Source of the DNA: a virus
IMG/VR virus record: IMGVR_UViG_3300027985_000385
Coordinates: 1 to 47,033 of that record
DNA: 47,033 nt
Reading direction: 5' to 3' (one strand)
Shown one piece after another: positions 14,840-22,706 of this stretch (positions are counted from its first letter, which is position 1; each line of letters opens with the position of its first letter). The translations under genes and the position numbers were made by a program. The notes under the pieces are model-generated. The model did no database searches, was not told where the DNA came from, and saw nothing but the letters and a program-made list of their open reading frames with translations.

Positions 14840-15518
14840 TTTCGGAAACGAACGTGAACAGTCTACTGGAGGGTGTATCCCAGAAGACTCCATTTGTCTG
14901 TTTAAGTTGTCCATCCGTAAGCCGGAAGAACCCCAGAACGGAAAACGTGACAAGCGCACCAAGAATCCTTTTGTCAGCTCATCGGAGTCAGGAATCTTCT
15001 ACCTCGATTGCTGCCTTGAATGCGTGTCAGGAACTTATGAGGGGCGAAAGATATTCGAGTTTATCCCCCTTCCGTCTCATGCCCAGCGCACTCGCCTGAC
15101 TGATGGGCAGCAACGCTGGTGCGGCGGGGGTGGCGCTACAATGAGAGCCATCCTTGAAGCCGCACGTGGAATAGACCCGAAGGATAAAAGCCAGAATGCC
15201 ATGCAGGGCAGACAGGCTGACGTAAACGATTTTGACGGCCTGAAATTCCCCATAAAGGTTGGATATAAGAAGATCGAAGATGGAGACCGCTACGTCAACA
15301 ACCGCATCAAGGCTATCATCACTCCGAACCGTGACGGATACGCGGACGTCATGGCGGGAGGGGAGATCATCACCGACAAGCCTATTCCTGAAATTGTGCA
15401 GGTCCAGACGACCAGTAATAGTGGTTACAGTTACGATAACCAACCACCCACATCTGCATATGACAATGACACCAATCACCACAGCAATACGTCCGGCATG
15501 GATGACGTGCCGTTTTAG
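14832..15518 (+). CDS. DUF669-like ssDNA-binding protein with an SSB-type acidic C-terminal tip
   Basis: Adjacent to the Sak4-like gene. Low-complexity tail ending ...SGMDDVPF, resembling the SSB C-terminal DDDIPF. Confidence 0.65.
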   Translation: MLDFGNEREQSTGGCIPEDSICLFKLSIRKPEEPQNGKRDKRTKNPFVSSSESGIFYLDCCLECVSGTYEGRKIFEFIPLPSHAQRTRLTDGQQRWCGGGGATMRAILEAARGIDPKDKSQNAMQGRQADVNDFDGLKFPIKVGYKKIEDGDRYVNNRIKAIITPNRDGYADVMAGGEIITDKPIPEIVQVQTTSNSGYSYDNQPPTSAYDNDTNHHSNTSGMDDVPF

Positions 15519-15527
15519 GATCACACC

Positions 15528-16025
15528 ATGCTCACGATGAACGATATACAGGCGGAAATCCGCAACGTGCTTGAGTCATTAGAATCTGTAGACGCGAATG
15601 AAGTAGACGCTCATGCCCTAGACTCCTACCTAGAAAAACTCGCGTCACAGGAGTCCGAAAAAGTTGACGCATATGGATATGTGCTTCGCCAACAGGCGGC
15701 ACGTATTCAGTTTCTTAAGGATGAAGAAAAGCGCGTTCAGGATAGACGCAAGGCTGCAGAAAATGCGCTTGAGCGTATGAAGTCTCATATGCTGCACGTC
15801 ATGCGGTCAAACGGACTGTGCAAGGTCAGTGGGGACACAACTACGATCAGCCTCCGCAAGTCTACGTCCGTAATGGTTGACAATGTGTCGACCCTGCCGA
15901 GCCAGTTCCTGCGTGTTAAAACGACAACTGACCCAGACAAGGAGGCAATCAAAAAAGCTATCGCATCCGGTGCGACTGTATCCGGTGCCCGTCTTGTCGA
16001 GTCGGAATCCCTGCAAGTACGATAG
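15528..16025 (+). CDS. Gp157-family-like protein
   Basis: 165 aa. N-terminal coiled coil, C-terminus ...PDKEAIKKAIASGATVSGARLVESESLQVR. Typical partner of the Sak4/DUF669 module. Confidence 0.65.
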   Translation: MLTMNDIQAEIRNVLESLESVDANEVDAHALDSYLEKLASQESEKVDAYGYVLRQQAARIQFLKDEEKRVQDRRKAAENALERMKSHMLHVMRSNGLCKVSGDTTTISLRKSTSVMVDNVSTLPSQFLRVKTTTDPDKEAIKKAIASGATVSGARLVESESLQVR

Positions 16026-16063
16026 CATCCATCCACCCCACCCAACTACGCGCACTATATGCA

Positions 16064-16264
16064 ATGCTCAAGCATATTTGTCTGGATACTCGCAACAGGT
16101 CCGTGCGTCTAGCCTACGTCAACGGCTACAGGCTGGCGCACGGACTACCCCGGGTGGAGTCGTTCAACGACATGACTGCAGAAGAGGCTGCGCAGTTGCA
16201 ACGCGATATGGCAAAAATTACAGGAGACGTACATGGGCAGATTTGTCAAAGTAAAAAATTCTGA
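16064..16264 (+). CDS. Hypothetical protein (start uncertain)
   Basis: The frame is open from 15932 but has no ATG/GTG/TTG before 16064. No clear RBS. Confidence 0.4.
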   Translation: MLKHICLDTRNRSVRLAYVNGYRLAHGLPRVESFNDMTAEEAAQLQRDMAKITGDVHGQICQSKKF

Positions 16265-16454
16265 AATAAATCATCGTTATCAGTGCTGGGTAAAGATAGG
16301 CGGAGAGTACGAACTAATAACCGTACAGGTGAAAAAGCTGTATGTTGCGCCTTACGGGAATGGACGGACAAGCCTATATGCTGATGTTTTTGGATTTGGA
16401 TACCGAGGGACTGTTCAGGCAAAAAAGTTGATGAAACAGGACAAAGTGGCCTGA
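16233..16454 (+). CDS. Hypothetical protein
   Basis: 73 aa. AGGAG lies 6 nt upstream. Confidence 0.55.
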   Translation: MGRFVKVKNSEINHRYQCWVKIGGEYELITVQVKKLYVAPYGNGRTSLYADVFGFGYRGTVQAKKLMKQDKVA

Positions 16455-16460
16455 TATGTG

Positions 16461-16490
16461 TTGACTCAGCGTGGTTATAGGTGGTATGTT
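16461..16490 (+). promoter_or_regulatory. Candidate internal promoter upstream of the repeat-protein gene
   Basis: TTGACT (16461-16466), 18-nt spacer, TATGTT (16485-16490) preceded by TGG (extended -10). Confidence 0.35.
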
Positions 16491-16510
16491 TTACCACAGG
16501 AGGAATGAGT

Positions 16511-17107
16511 ATGATCACAATCAGCTTGAACGAGATTAGAAAGCACAAACCATGTGTAGAAGGATGGAACAAGCTTCTGTCTCATTTTGGAAAGACAAAA
16601 GCAGATGACGAAAGATTTCCTTTTCGAGTCATCATCGACAGCAATGGGATAGACGATGCGATCTGGGCTTTGCGGTGCCTTGAAGATCGAACCCCTGAAC
16701 GGCTTTTCGCTGTTGCGTGTGCACAGGAAGTTTTGAGCCTGATGGAAGATGAGCGCAGTATTGAGTGTATAAAGACTGCACACTTGTTTGCGCATGGAGA
16801 GGCTAGAGATGAAGATCTGTCCGCAGCACGGGACGCAGCACGGGACGCAGCACGGGACGCAGCACGGGACGCAGCACGGGACGCAGCACGGGACGCAGCA
16901 TGGACAGCATGGGACGCCGCATGGACAGCGCGGGCCGCCGCACGGTACGCAGCATGGACAGCATGGGACGCAGCACGGGCCGCCGCACGGTACGCAGCAT
17001 GGACAGCATGGGACGCCGCATGGACAGCGCGGGCCGCCGCACGGGGCGCAGCACGTTCAAGCCAACTCGACTGGCTTATTGCTATCGTTGATAATTACGA
17101 GGTGTAA
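16511..17107 (+). CDS. DAAR/DAAW-repeat protein (helical N-domain plus Ala-rich tandem repeats)
   Basis: AGGAGG lies 7 nt before ATG 16511. The C-terminal half is (AARD)x6 followed by AAWTAWDAAWTARAAARY-type repeats. Confidence 0.72.
   Translation: MITISLNEIRKHKPCVEGWNKLLSHFGKTKADDERFPFRVIIDSNGIDDAIWALRCLEDRTPERLFAVACAQEVLSLMEDERSIECIKTAHLFAHGEARDEDLSAARDAARDAARDAARDAARDAARDAAWTAWDAAWTARAAARYAAWTAWDAARAAARYAAWTAWDAAWTARAAARGAARSSQLDWLIAIVDNYEV
16823..17050. repeat. In-frame tandem repeat tract: 12-bp GCAGCACGGGAC x6 (16823-16894), then three 45-54-bp higher-order units
   Basis: Read directly from the sequence. Six perfect 12-mers. Several frames on both strands stay open across the tract. 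Confidence 0.9.
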
Positions 17108-17108
17108 T

Positions 17109-17321
17109 ATGACGATGGAGCGAATTTCTATTCTACTTCCTACAGAGGTGATCGAGTTCCTGAACTCAACGGCACGCAAGGGAGGGAAAAGCCTGAGCGA
17201 CGAGGTGCGTGGTCGGGTACTTGCGAACATCGAAGGGTTGTCCGAGATGGAATGGGATAAGGAACAGTGTAAGTGGATTGAAATAAAACAGGGCAAAAGG
17301 CCGCGTAGTCCGAGGAGTTGA
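17109..17321 (+). CDS. Ribbon-helix-helix protein with a C-terminal WDxExCKW extension
   Basis: ERISILLPTEVIEFLNSTARKGGKSLSDEVRGRVL, then EMEWDKEQCKWIEIK. Paralog of 24822..25007. Confidence 0.7.
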   Translation: MTMERISILLPTEVIEFLNSTARKGGKSLSDEVRGRVLANIEGLSEMEWDKEQCKWIEIKQGKRPRSPRS

Positions 17322-17324
17322 GTG

Positions 17325-17780
17325 ATGAGCGAGTTCTATTGGCACGAAGACGACGCAAATAAAGTCATGGAGATGATTGGCTTTCACATAGGGCTAGAGC
17401 GTGGCGATCATCTTGATATTCATGCAGTCGCAGAGCATCTCGCAGAGTTCGACAAGTGTGATCAAGGATTGCAGGAGCTCAAGAAGTCTTACACCGTCCT
17501 CATCGCCCGCGCCGAGGCTGCGGAGAAGGAGCGGGACCGTCTTTTAGAAGGGTTATCAGTTGTTTACTGTGGTATTTCTGACGCTGAAAGTCGCAAGTCA
17601 GACGGGATGGGAGGGGCTGTGTCAATAATGCGGCACGTAATGTGTGTTGCAGGTGATTACATCAAAGGGAAGACAGTCAGGGACTCCGTAACAAGTGGCG
17701 AAGACATAGCAACGGAATCTATGCGTAGAGTGGAATCTTTTTGCGTGGAGGCCCTGAACGGATGTGAAAATGCATCCTGA
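17325..17780 (+). CDS. Hypothetical protein
   Basis: GAGGAG lies 7 nt before ATG 17325. Confidence 0.6.
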   Translation: MSEFYWHEDDANKVMEMIGFHIGLERGDHLDIHAVAEHLAEFDKCDQGLQELKKSYTVLIARAEAAEKERDRLLEGLSVVYCGISDAESRKSDGMGGAVSIMRHVMCVAGDYIKGKTVRDSVTSGEDIATESMRRVESFCVEALNGCENAS

Positions 17781-18057
17781 AAATCGCGGAGAACGTAAGT
17801 ATCGCGCAGACTGCGTAGCACAGAAGGCGAAACGTGGTTTCCCTGGAGAACGCATTGGTGTTTACCGCAAGACGCGAAAGTTTTGCAGTAACCCGTTTTG
17901 CTGTGGTAATGCCCGCAGCATCAGGGGTGCATACCGTCCTACCATGCAGGAGATCAAGGCTAACGAAGCTCTCCGCGACATTATCGACAACCACGAACAT
18001 TTGACATCAGCCGACTGCGCAGACATCGCGCGGGGCGTGCTGGGAGGTGGAGAATGA
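17770..18057 (+). CDS. Hypothetical basic Cys-containing protein
   Basis: ORF with ATG 17770 (GTG 17764 is an alternative start). Weak RBS. Confidence 0.5.
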   Translation: MHPENRGERKYRADCVAQKAKRGFPGERIGVYRKTRKFCSNPFCCGNARSIRGAYRPTMQEIKANEALRDIIDNHEHLTSADCADIARGVLGGGE

Positions 18058-18317
18058 AGGAACATGCACTCATAGAAATAAATACTGATGATGAGTTACT
18101 ACGCGCGGCATGCCGCTCAAATTGTCCGCATAAAGTCACAACGGGATGGAATGAATTATTTTCTATACGTAGTAAAAAACCTGCGAACCTTCGGGGCGTC
18201 TTGGTAGAGTTTTATTGCAACTTGTATGGATGCCATCTTGGAACATTTAAGCTCGAAAACCCACTACTAGGCGGTGGGCTTATGGCGTCGCGACCAGCAT
18301 TCTGTAAATACGAGTGA
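18054..18317 (+). CDS. Hypothetical protein (AT-rich), ending at the in-frame TGA 18315-18317
   Basis: GGAGG lies 6 nt upstream. ATGA overlap with the upstream gene. Confidence 0.5.
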   Translation: MKEHALIEINTDDELLRAACRSNCPHKVTTGWNELFSIRSKKPANLRGVLVEFYCNLYGCHLGTFKLENPLLGGGLMASRPAFCKYE

Positions 18318-18410
18318 TCCTCAGCAGAGATTGACGACGACTACAACACAACGAAGGAACCGCGAAGCAGATACCTGGCACGGTTGGTGCGTGAAGATAT
18401 GGAGAGGAAA
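18318..18410 (+). pseudogene. RHH-like module without its own start codon, in frame with 18054..18317 beyond the TGA
   Basis: SSAEIDDDYNTTKEPRSRYLARLVREDMERK is collinear with residues of 5684..6004. No ATG/GTG/TTG lies between the TGA and the conserved block. Confidence 0.45.
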
Positions 18411-18411
18411 A

Positions 18412-18696
18412 ATGACAGAAGTAAACGGACACATCTACAAGCGTGCTCTGATGAACGCAGAGGACAAGCTTAAAGAACGCGGACAACGTATCGCTGAGTT
18501 GAAGACTGAGCGTGATTCGCTCCGTGATGAAAACGCACGGATGCGCGACAAGCTCGTTGCGCTTGCCGAATTGGCATACGAGGTCCACGTTGTCGACGGT
18601 GGTGGGCGATTCTACTGCCCAGTATGTCGTGGAGACGGCAGACACAGAGAATGGTGCGCATGGGCATTGGCAATCAAGATATTGGAGGAGAAATGA
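18412..18696 (+). CDS. Coiled-coil protein with a C-terminal Cys/His cluster
   Basis: Track ORF trimmed to MTEVNGHIYK after GGAGAGG. Contains CPVCRGDGRHREWC. Confidence 0.6.
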   Translation: MTEVNGHIYKRALMNAEDKLKERGQRIAELKTERDSLRDENARMRDKLVALAELAYEVHVVDGGGRFYCPVCRGDGRHREWCAWALAIKILEEK

Positions 18697-19016
18697 AGAA
18701 GAAGTGTAAGCACTGCGGTTGTGAGTATGAGGTGGCACGCTTCGCTTCAAAGAGGTCAATGTATTGCAGCAGGAAGTGTGGGATTGCCCAACGTAGCAAG
18801 GTAGGGAAGGTAATCAGCTGCATAGTGTGTGATACACAGTTCACAAAAGAGAGCAGCAGGCAACGCTGTTGCTCAGAAGAATGTGAGTCCGCGCTTAAGG
18901 AGGCAACGAATCGCAAAAAGGAAATGGTGCAGCCTACGATCTTGAACGAGATGGGTGAATTTCCATTCAAGGTGCCAGCCGGAGTTACACCGTCGCAGGT
19001 GTGCCCAATATGGTAA
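18693..19016 (+). CDS. Zn-finger protein, paralog of 12013..12345
   Basis: GGAGGAG RBS, ATGA overlap. CKHCGCEY...YCSRKC and CIVCDTQF...CCSEEC. Confidence 0.6.
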   Translation: MKKKCKHCGCEYEVARFASKRSMYCSRKCGIAQRSKVGKVISCIVCDTQFTKESSRQRCCSEECESALKEATNRKKEMVQPTILNEMGEFPFKVPAGVTPSQVCPIW

Positions 19017-19384
19017 GTCGTACTCTGATATTCATTTCAGCAATGGTAGTCATGTCTACTGTCTTGACAGCGTTCCCAGCTATGGCGTGGGACATGAAAG
19101 AGAGGGACTATCAGGAAAATTTCTGCGATGGGATAGGCGTCATGGAGTACCGCCTTGAGGATGGAACTCGCGTGGACTGCCTGACGGAAACACATGCATG
19201 GGAAATCGACTTCCAAGAGAAGTGGGCCGAGTCAGTTGGGCAGGCTTTGCACTACGCTAGAATGACAGGAAAGCGGGCTGGGGTGCTGCTGATAGGGGAC
19301 AACGCTGATAGGTATGCCGAGCGCATTCGCTTGTTATCCAGACGCTTCGGATTGGAGATTGATGTTCTCACAATGAAGCCGTAA
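19010..19384 (+). CDS. Secreted hypothetical protein (signal peptide)
   Basis: MVSRTLIFISAMVVMSTVLTAFPAMA followed by a soluble domain. Confidence 0.6.
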   Translation: MVSRTLIFISAMVVMSTVLTAFPAMAWDMKERDYQENFCDGIGVMEYRLEDGTRVDCLTETHAWEIDFQEKWAESVGQALHYARMTGKRAGVLLIGDNADRYAERIRLLSRRFGLEIDVLTMKP

Positions 19385-19393
19385 ACTATCACA

Positions 19394-19777
19394 ATGCAGA
19401 AGCGTGAGATTGAGGACTTGATATGGCATGACGAGCGACTGACCGCAACACAGCGGCTGGTTGCTCTTGCCATTTGTAGGCACTATAATAACGTCACAGG
19501 TCAGTGTAATCCGTCGCAGGGCAGAATAGCGAAGTTGACAGGCTTGAAGCTCAGGACAGTCTCCGGAGCGTACAGAGATTTACGGAGTCTTGGTGTCATA
19601 GAAACGACAGTCACAAGCACGGTGCAGTGTTCTTTTAGTGTTTATACGCAGCACATGCGTACCCACTACGCAGCAGGTGCGTACCATAGCGCTTGCGAAG
19701 ATGGTTTTTCTGAGCTAATAGGAACGATAGACGATACTGAAAAATCGTGGAACAGAAACAGAATTAAGCAGGGGTAG
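19394..19777 (+). CDS. Winged-helix/HTH domain protein
   Basis: LTATQRLVALAI...SQGRIAKLTGLKLRTVSGAYRDLRSLGVIE. No clear RBS. Confidence 0.55.
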   Translation: MQKREIEDLIWHDERLTATQRLVALAICRHYNNVTGQCNPSQGRIAKLTGLKLRTVSGAYRDLRSLGVIETTVTSTVQCSFSVYTQHMRTHYAAGAYHSACEDGFSELIGTIDDTEKSWNRNRIKQG

Positions 19778-19784
19778 GTGTATT

Positions 19785-20264
19785 ATGGCAGGAGGCCGAC
19801 CTAGTAAATATGACTCAGTAGACCTTGCTCGTGTCGAAAAGCTTGCAAAGGCTGGGTGGACAGACATACAAATGGCTGAGTTCTTTGAGGTTGATGTAGC
19901 AACATGGAACAGGTGGAAGGGTGTTCACGAAGAGTTTCGCGAGTCCTTAAAAGTTTGGAAGGATGAGGCTGACCAAAGGGTTGAAAGAAGCCTTTACGAA
20001 AGGGCTTGTGGGTATTCTCTTCCTGAAGACAAGATATTCAATGACAATGGCACACCCCTTGTTGTTCCTACGATTAAGAACCACCCACCCGATACAACGG
20101 CTTGCATATTCTGGCTTAAGAACCGAAAGCCTGAACAGTGGCGTGACAAAGTTGATCACGAAATGACGGGCAAAGACGGTGGGCCAATCAAGTCAGAGTC
20201 CAGCGTGACCATCGACGCAAAGACGCTCAAGGCTGCGCTTGCAGAGTTGAAGGATGATATCTGA
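19785..20264 (+). CDS. terS: Terminase small subunit
   Basis: MAGGRPSKYD..., an HTH-like N-terminus, ...RSLYERACGY, FWLKNRKPEQWRDK. Lies immediately upstream of terL. Confidence 0.82.
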   Translation: MAGGRPSKYDSVDLARVEKLAKAGWTDIQMAEFFEVDVATWNRWKGVHEEFRESLKVWKDEADQRVERSLYERACGYSLPEDKIFNDNGTPLVVPTIKNHPPDTTACIFWLKNRKPEQWRDKVDHEMTGKDGGPIKSESSVTIDAKTLKAALAELKDDI

Positions 20265-21687
20265 TCCAGTAAAGCTTGCCATCTACCGTGAAGCCCTCAA
20301 GCATGACTATGAGCTTTTCTTGCGCTACTTCTTCAAGGTGCGCAACGGCTACAAGTTCAAGCTTAACTGGCATCACAGGGTTGTCATAGACGCGCTCATG
20401 CGCGTTGTGAGTGGAGATTGCAAGCGCCTTATCATCAACATACCCCCCGGTGGGAGTAAGACGGAAACTGCGGTTGTTTCTTTCATTCCGTGGTGTTTGG
20501 CTAACAATCCATGGTGTAGGTTCCTGCACCTGTCATACGCGGATTCGCTTGCCGAGCTTAACAGCAGCAGCGCGAAAGAGATCATCGAGACTGACGAGTA
20601 CAAAGAGCTGTTCGGGCTTGAGATAGCTAATGACTCATCTGCCAAGAAGCGTTGGAACGTGGTTGTCGATGGAAAGAAGCAGGGTGGATGCTATGCAACG
20701 TCTGTCGGTGGTCAGGTTACCGGCTTCCGTGCTGGCAGGATGGAGGGCGAGTTTTCTGGTGTGCTGCTTCTTGACGACCCATTGAAGCCGGACGACGCAT
20801 GGAGCAAGACGAAGCGAGACAGGGCCAATCGGTTCATTAACAACACCATCAAATCGCGTCTTGCTACAAGCGACACTCCTATCGTTCTCATCATGCAGCG
20901 CGTGCACGAGGACGACCCGACAGGCTTCCTTCTTAACAGCGCAAGCGGAGCAGATTGGGAAGTAGTCAGCGTCCCGGCTGTAATTGACGGTAAGAGCTAC
21001 TGGCAGGAGAAGGATAGCATAGAGGAGCTTCTTAAGCTCAAAGAGGACGACTCCTACACGTTCCACAGCCAGTATATGCAAGATCCTGTGCCAGTTGGCG
21101 GGGGCATGTTCAAGCAGCACTGGTTTGGTCAGTACGCTCCTGAACGGCTGTCCGAGATTGTGGATGTCTGCATATACGCGGACACTGCCAGCAAGAAAGG
21201 GCAGCACAACGACTTTTCCGTTTTTGAGGTGTGGGGGAGCACAGGAAACAATATCATGCTGCTCGACGTGTGGCGCGGGAAGTGGGAAACGCCAGAGCTT
21301 ATCACGAAGGCCAAGGCTATTTGGGAAAAGTGGACTGGACCAGAGAGGATTGGTGGCGTCCCCGCAGCTTCAAGCATCAAGATCGAGGACAAGTCGTCCG
21401 GTATCGGGCTGTTGCAGACGTTCAAGACTGAGACCAATATCCCAGCTATCGGAATCCAGCGCAACACAGACAAGGTTTCCCGTGCTGCTGCATGCGCTCC
21501 ATACTGCGAATCAGGGAAGGTGCTGGTGCCAGAGTCAGCGCCGTGGTTATCGTCGTTCATGGGCGAAGTGTGTGCGTTTTCCGCTACCATGGCCCACAAA
21601 CACGACGATCAGGTTGACCCGATGATGGACGCGGTAGAGGACATGCTAGCCAAGCCTAAGCGCAGAGCTTTCTTCCCTACTCGTTGA
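20254..21687 (+). CDS. terL: Terminase large subunit
   Basis: 477 aa. Walker A-like PPGGSKT, Walker B LLLDDP, C-terminal nuclease-type acidic residues. Confidence 0.92.
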   Translation: MISDPVKLAIYREALKHDYELFLRYFFKVRNGYKFKLNWHHRVVIDALMRVVSGDCKRLIINIPPGGSKTETAVVSFIPWCLANNPWCRFLHLSYADSLAELNSSSAKEIIETDEYKELFGLEIANDSSAKKRWNVVVDGKKQGGCYATSVGGQVTGFRAGRMEGEFSGVLLLDDPLKPDDAWSKTKRDRANRFINNTIKSRLATSDTPIVLIMQRVHEDDPTGFLLNSASGADWEVVSVPAVIDGKSYWQEKDSIEELLKLKEDDSYTFHSQYMQDPVPVGGGMFKQHWFGQYAPERLSEIVDVCIYADTASKKGQHNDFSVFEVWGSTGNNIMLLDVWRGKWETPELITKAKAIWEKWTGPERIGGVPAASSIKIEDKSSGIGLLQTFKTETNIPAIGIQRNTDKVSRAAACAPYCESGKVLVPESAPWLSSFMGEVCAFSATMAHKHDDQVDPMMDAVEDMLAKPKRRAFFPTR

Positions 21688-21946
21688 CAACGCTGCCAGT
21701 TGCATATAGTCTCAAATTTCCCCAAGTCAGCACGAGCTACGCCGGACACTCGTTCATCAACATCCGGCGACAAATATTGCGGCATCATGCGGCGTGGAAA
21801 GCAGACACGCCAGCTAGGTGGCGACTCCGCTAAGGCCATGTGCCAACGGTCTATGAACCACCAGCTTCACGAGCCGGAGTAGCGACCGGCCATGATGCCT
21901 GCGAGGTCGGTTTGCGGTCCGACTATCAAAACCGCACAAATTTCGT

Positions 21947-22023
21947 GTGAGTGTAGCGAAGCTTGGTATCGCTCCTGTTTTGGGGACAGGAAATCGCATG
22001 TTCAAATCATGTCACTCGCACCA
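21947..22023 (+). tRNA. tRNA-Pro (anticodon UGG)
   Basis: Hand-folded cloverleaf. Acceptor GTGAGTG/CACTCGC, D stem GCGA/TCGC, anticodon stem CCTGT/ACAGG with loop TTTGGGG, T arm GCATG-TTCAAAT-CATGT, encoded CCA. Confidence 0.85.
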
Positions 22024-22024
22024 C

Positions 22025-22108
22025 GGAAGGTAGCGCATGCGGATGCAAAGCGGTCTTGAAAACCGTGCCATGGTTACCATGATGGTTCGACTCCATTATC
22101 TTCCGCCA
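22025..22108 (+). tRNA. tRNA-Ser (anticodon UGA), class II with long variable arm
   Basis: Acceptor GGAAGGT/ATCTTCC, anticodon stem GCGGT/ACCGT with loop CTTGAAA, variable arm ATGG-TTA-CCAT, T arm GATGG-TTCGACT-CCATT, discriminator G, encoded CCA. The D arm is short. Confidence 0.78.
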
Positions 22109-22163
22109 CAGGTTGTTTGAGAGTGCGTGTCTTTAGTTTTGTTTTTTCAACTGGAGGTGAGTG

Positions 22164-22433
22164 ATGAGAGTAGAGTTTGTATCGTACGATGGAACATATC
22201 CCAACCTTTGTTCTGGTGATCTTGTGATCAGTGTTGACGGTGTAGAATGCAATCTCGGAACATGCCTTTCATCAGGTGGAGGGTTTGACGATGACTGGTG
22301 TGCAACATCAGGGCCGTGGAGTATTTCCGACTACTATGAATGGCCAGAAAACTTTACCGAGGAGATGAAGACCGAGGTTGTCAGATTGGCAAACGAAAAC
22401 ATCCCACAGGGGTGTTGCGGAGGATGCGCATGA
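22164..22433 (+). CDS. Small Cys-rich hypothetical protein
   Basis: GGAGGT lies 7 nt before ATG 22164. Ends ...QGCCGGCA. Confidence 0.6.
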   Translation: MRVEFVSYDGTYPNLCSGDLVISVDGVECNLGTCLSSGGGFDDDWCATSGPWSISDYYEWPENFTEEMKTEVVRLANENIPQGCCGGCA

Positions 22434-22687
22434 GAACGTGCTATACATGTCAGTTCGAGCCAACGTGGGGATATGCTGAGTTGATGGAAGCTGTGAAGAG
22501 ATTCGGGATTGACTGCGAGTTTGGTATCTGTAGGTGTGGCCTACCAAAAGGGGTTGCGCCAATAGTTTTTACAAATTTAGAACTCATTAACGTAACAGAG
22601 AGTTCTGGCGATCTCCTGTTCAGGAATATATACGGTTGTCTTGCGTTCGCAGGTGACCTTTGCCCTGCATGGAAGGCAAAGGTATAG
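22430..22687 (+). CDS. Small Cys-rich hypothetical protein
   Basis: GGAGG lies 6 nt before ATG 22430, with an ATGA overlap. MRTCYTCQFEPTWGY... A truncated paralog lies at 23794-23841. Confidence 0.6.
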   Translation: MRTCYTCQFEPTWGYAELMEAVKRFGIDCEFGICRCGLPKGVAPIVFTNLELINVTESSGDLLFRNIYGCLAFAGDLCPAWKAKV

Positions 22688-22706
22688 CGGTAGTACCACA
22701 AATTTC

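Noticed and set aside
10419-17050. Possible CRISPR array (10-bp repeats at 10419/10655 and 12-bp repeats at 16823)
   Set aside because: The repeats are contiguous with no unique spacers, are far shorter than CRISPR repeats, and sit inside coding sequences. I interpret them as iterons and an in-frame coding repeat.
16788-17108. Alternative frames through the tandem repeat (HGTQHGTQ… plus-strand ORF, 16900..17091 and minus-strand 16803..17060)
   Set aside because: The frames stay open only because the repeat unit lacks stop codons. Only the 16511 frame has an RBS and a non-repetitive N-terminal domain. The 3' part of track ORF 16788..17321 is kept as the RHH gene from ATG 17109.
18315-18380. 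Selenocysteine insertion at TGA 18315-18317
   Set aside because: I found no convincing SECIS-like stem-loop in the ~40 nt downstream. Only 3-bp pairings were found. The aligned paralog has Asn, not Cys, at that position.
21700-21882. 60-aa plus-strand ORF in the terL-tRNA spacer
   Set aside because: It has no RBS and an Arg/Ser/Lys/Gly/Thr-rich composition, and the region is dominated by RNA-like hairpins.
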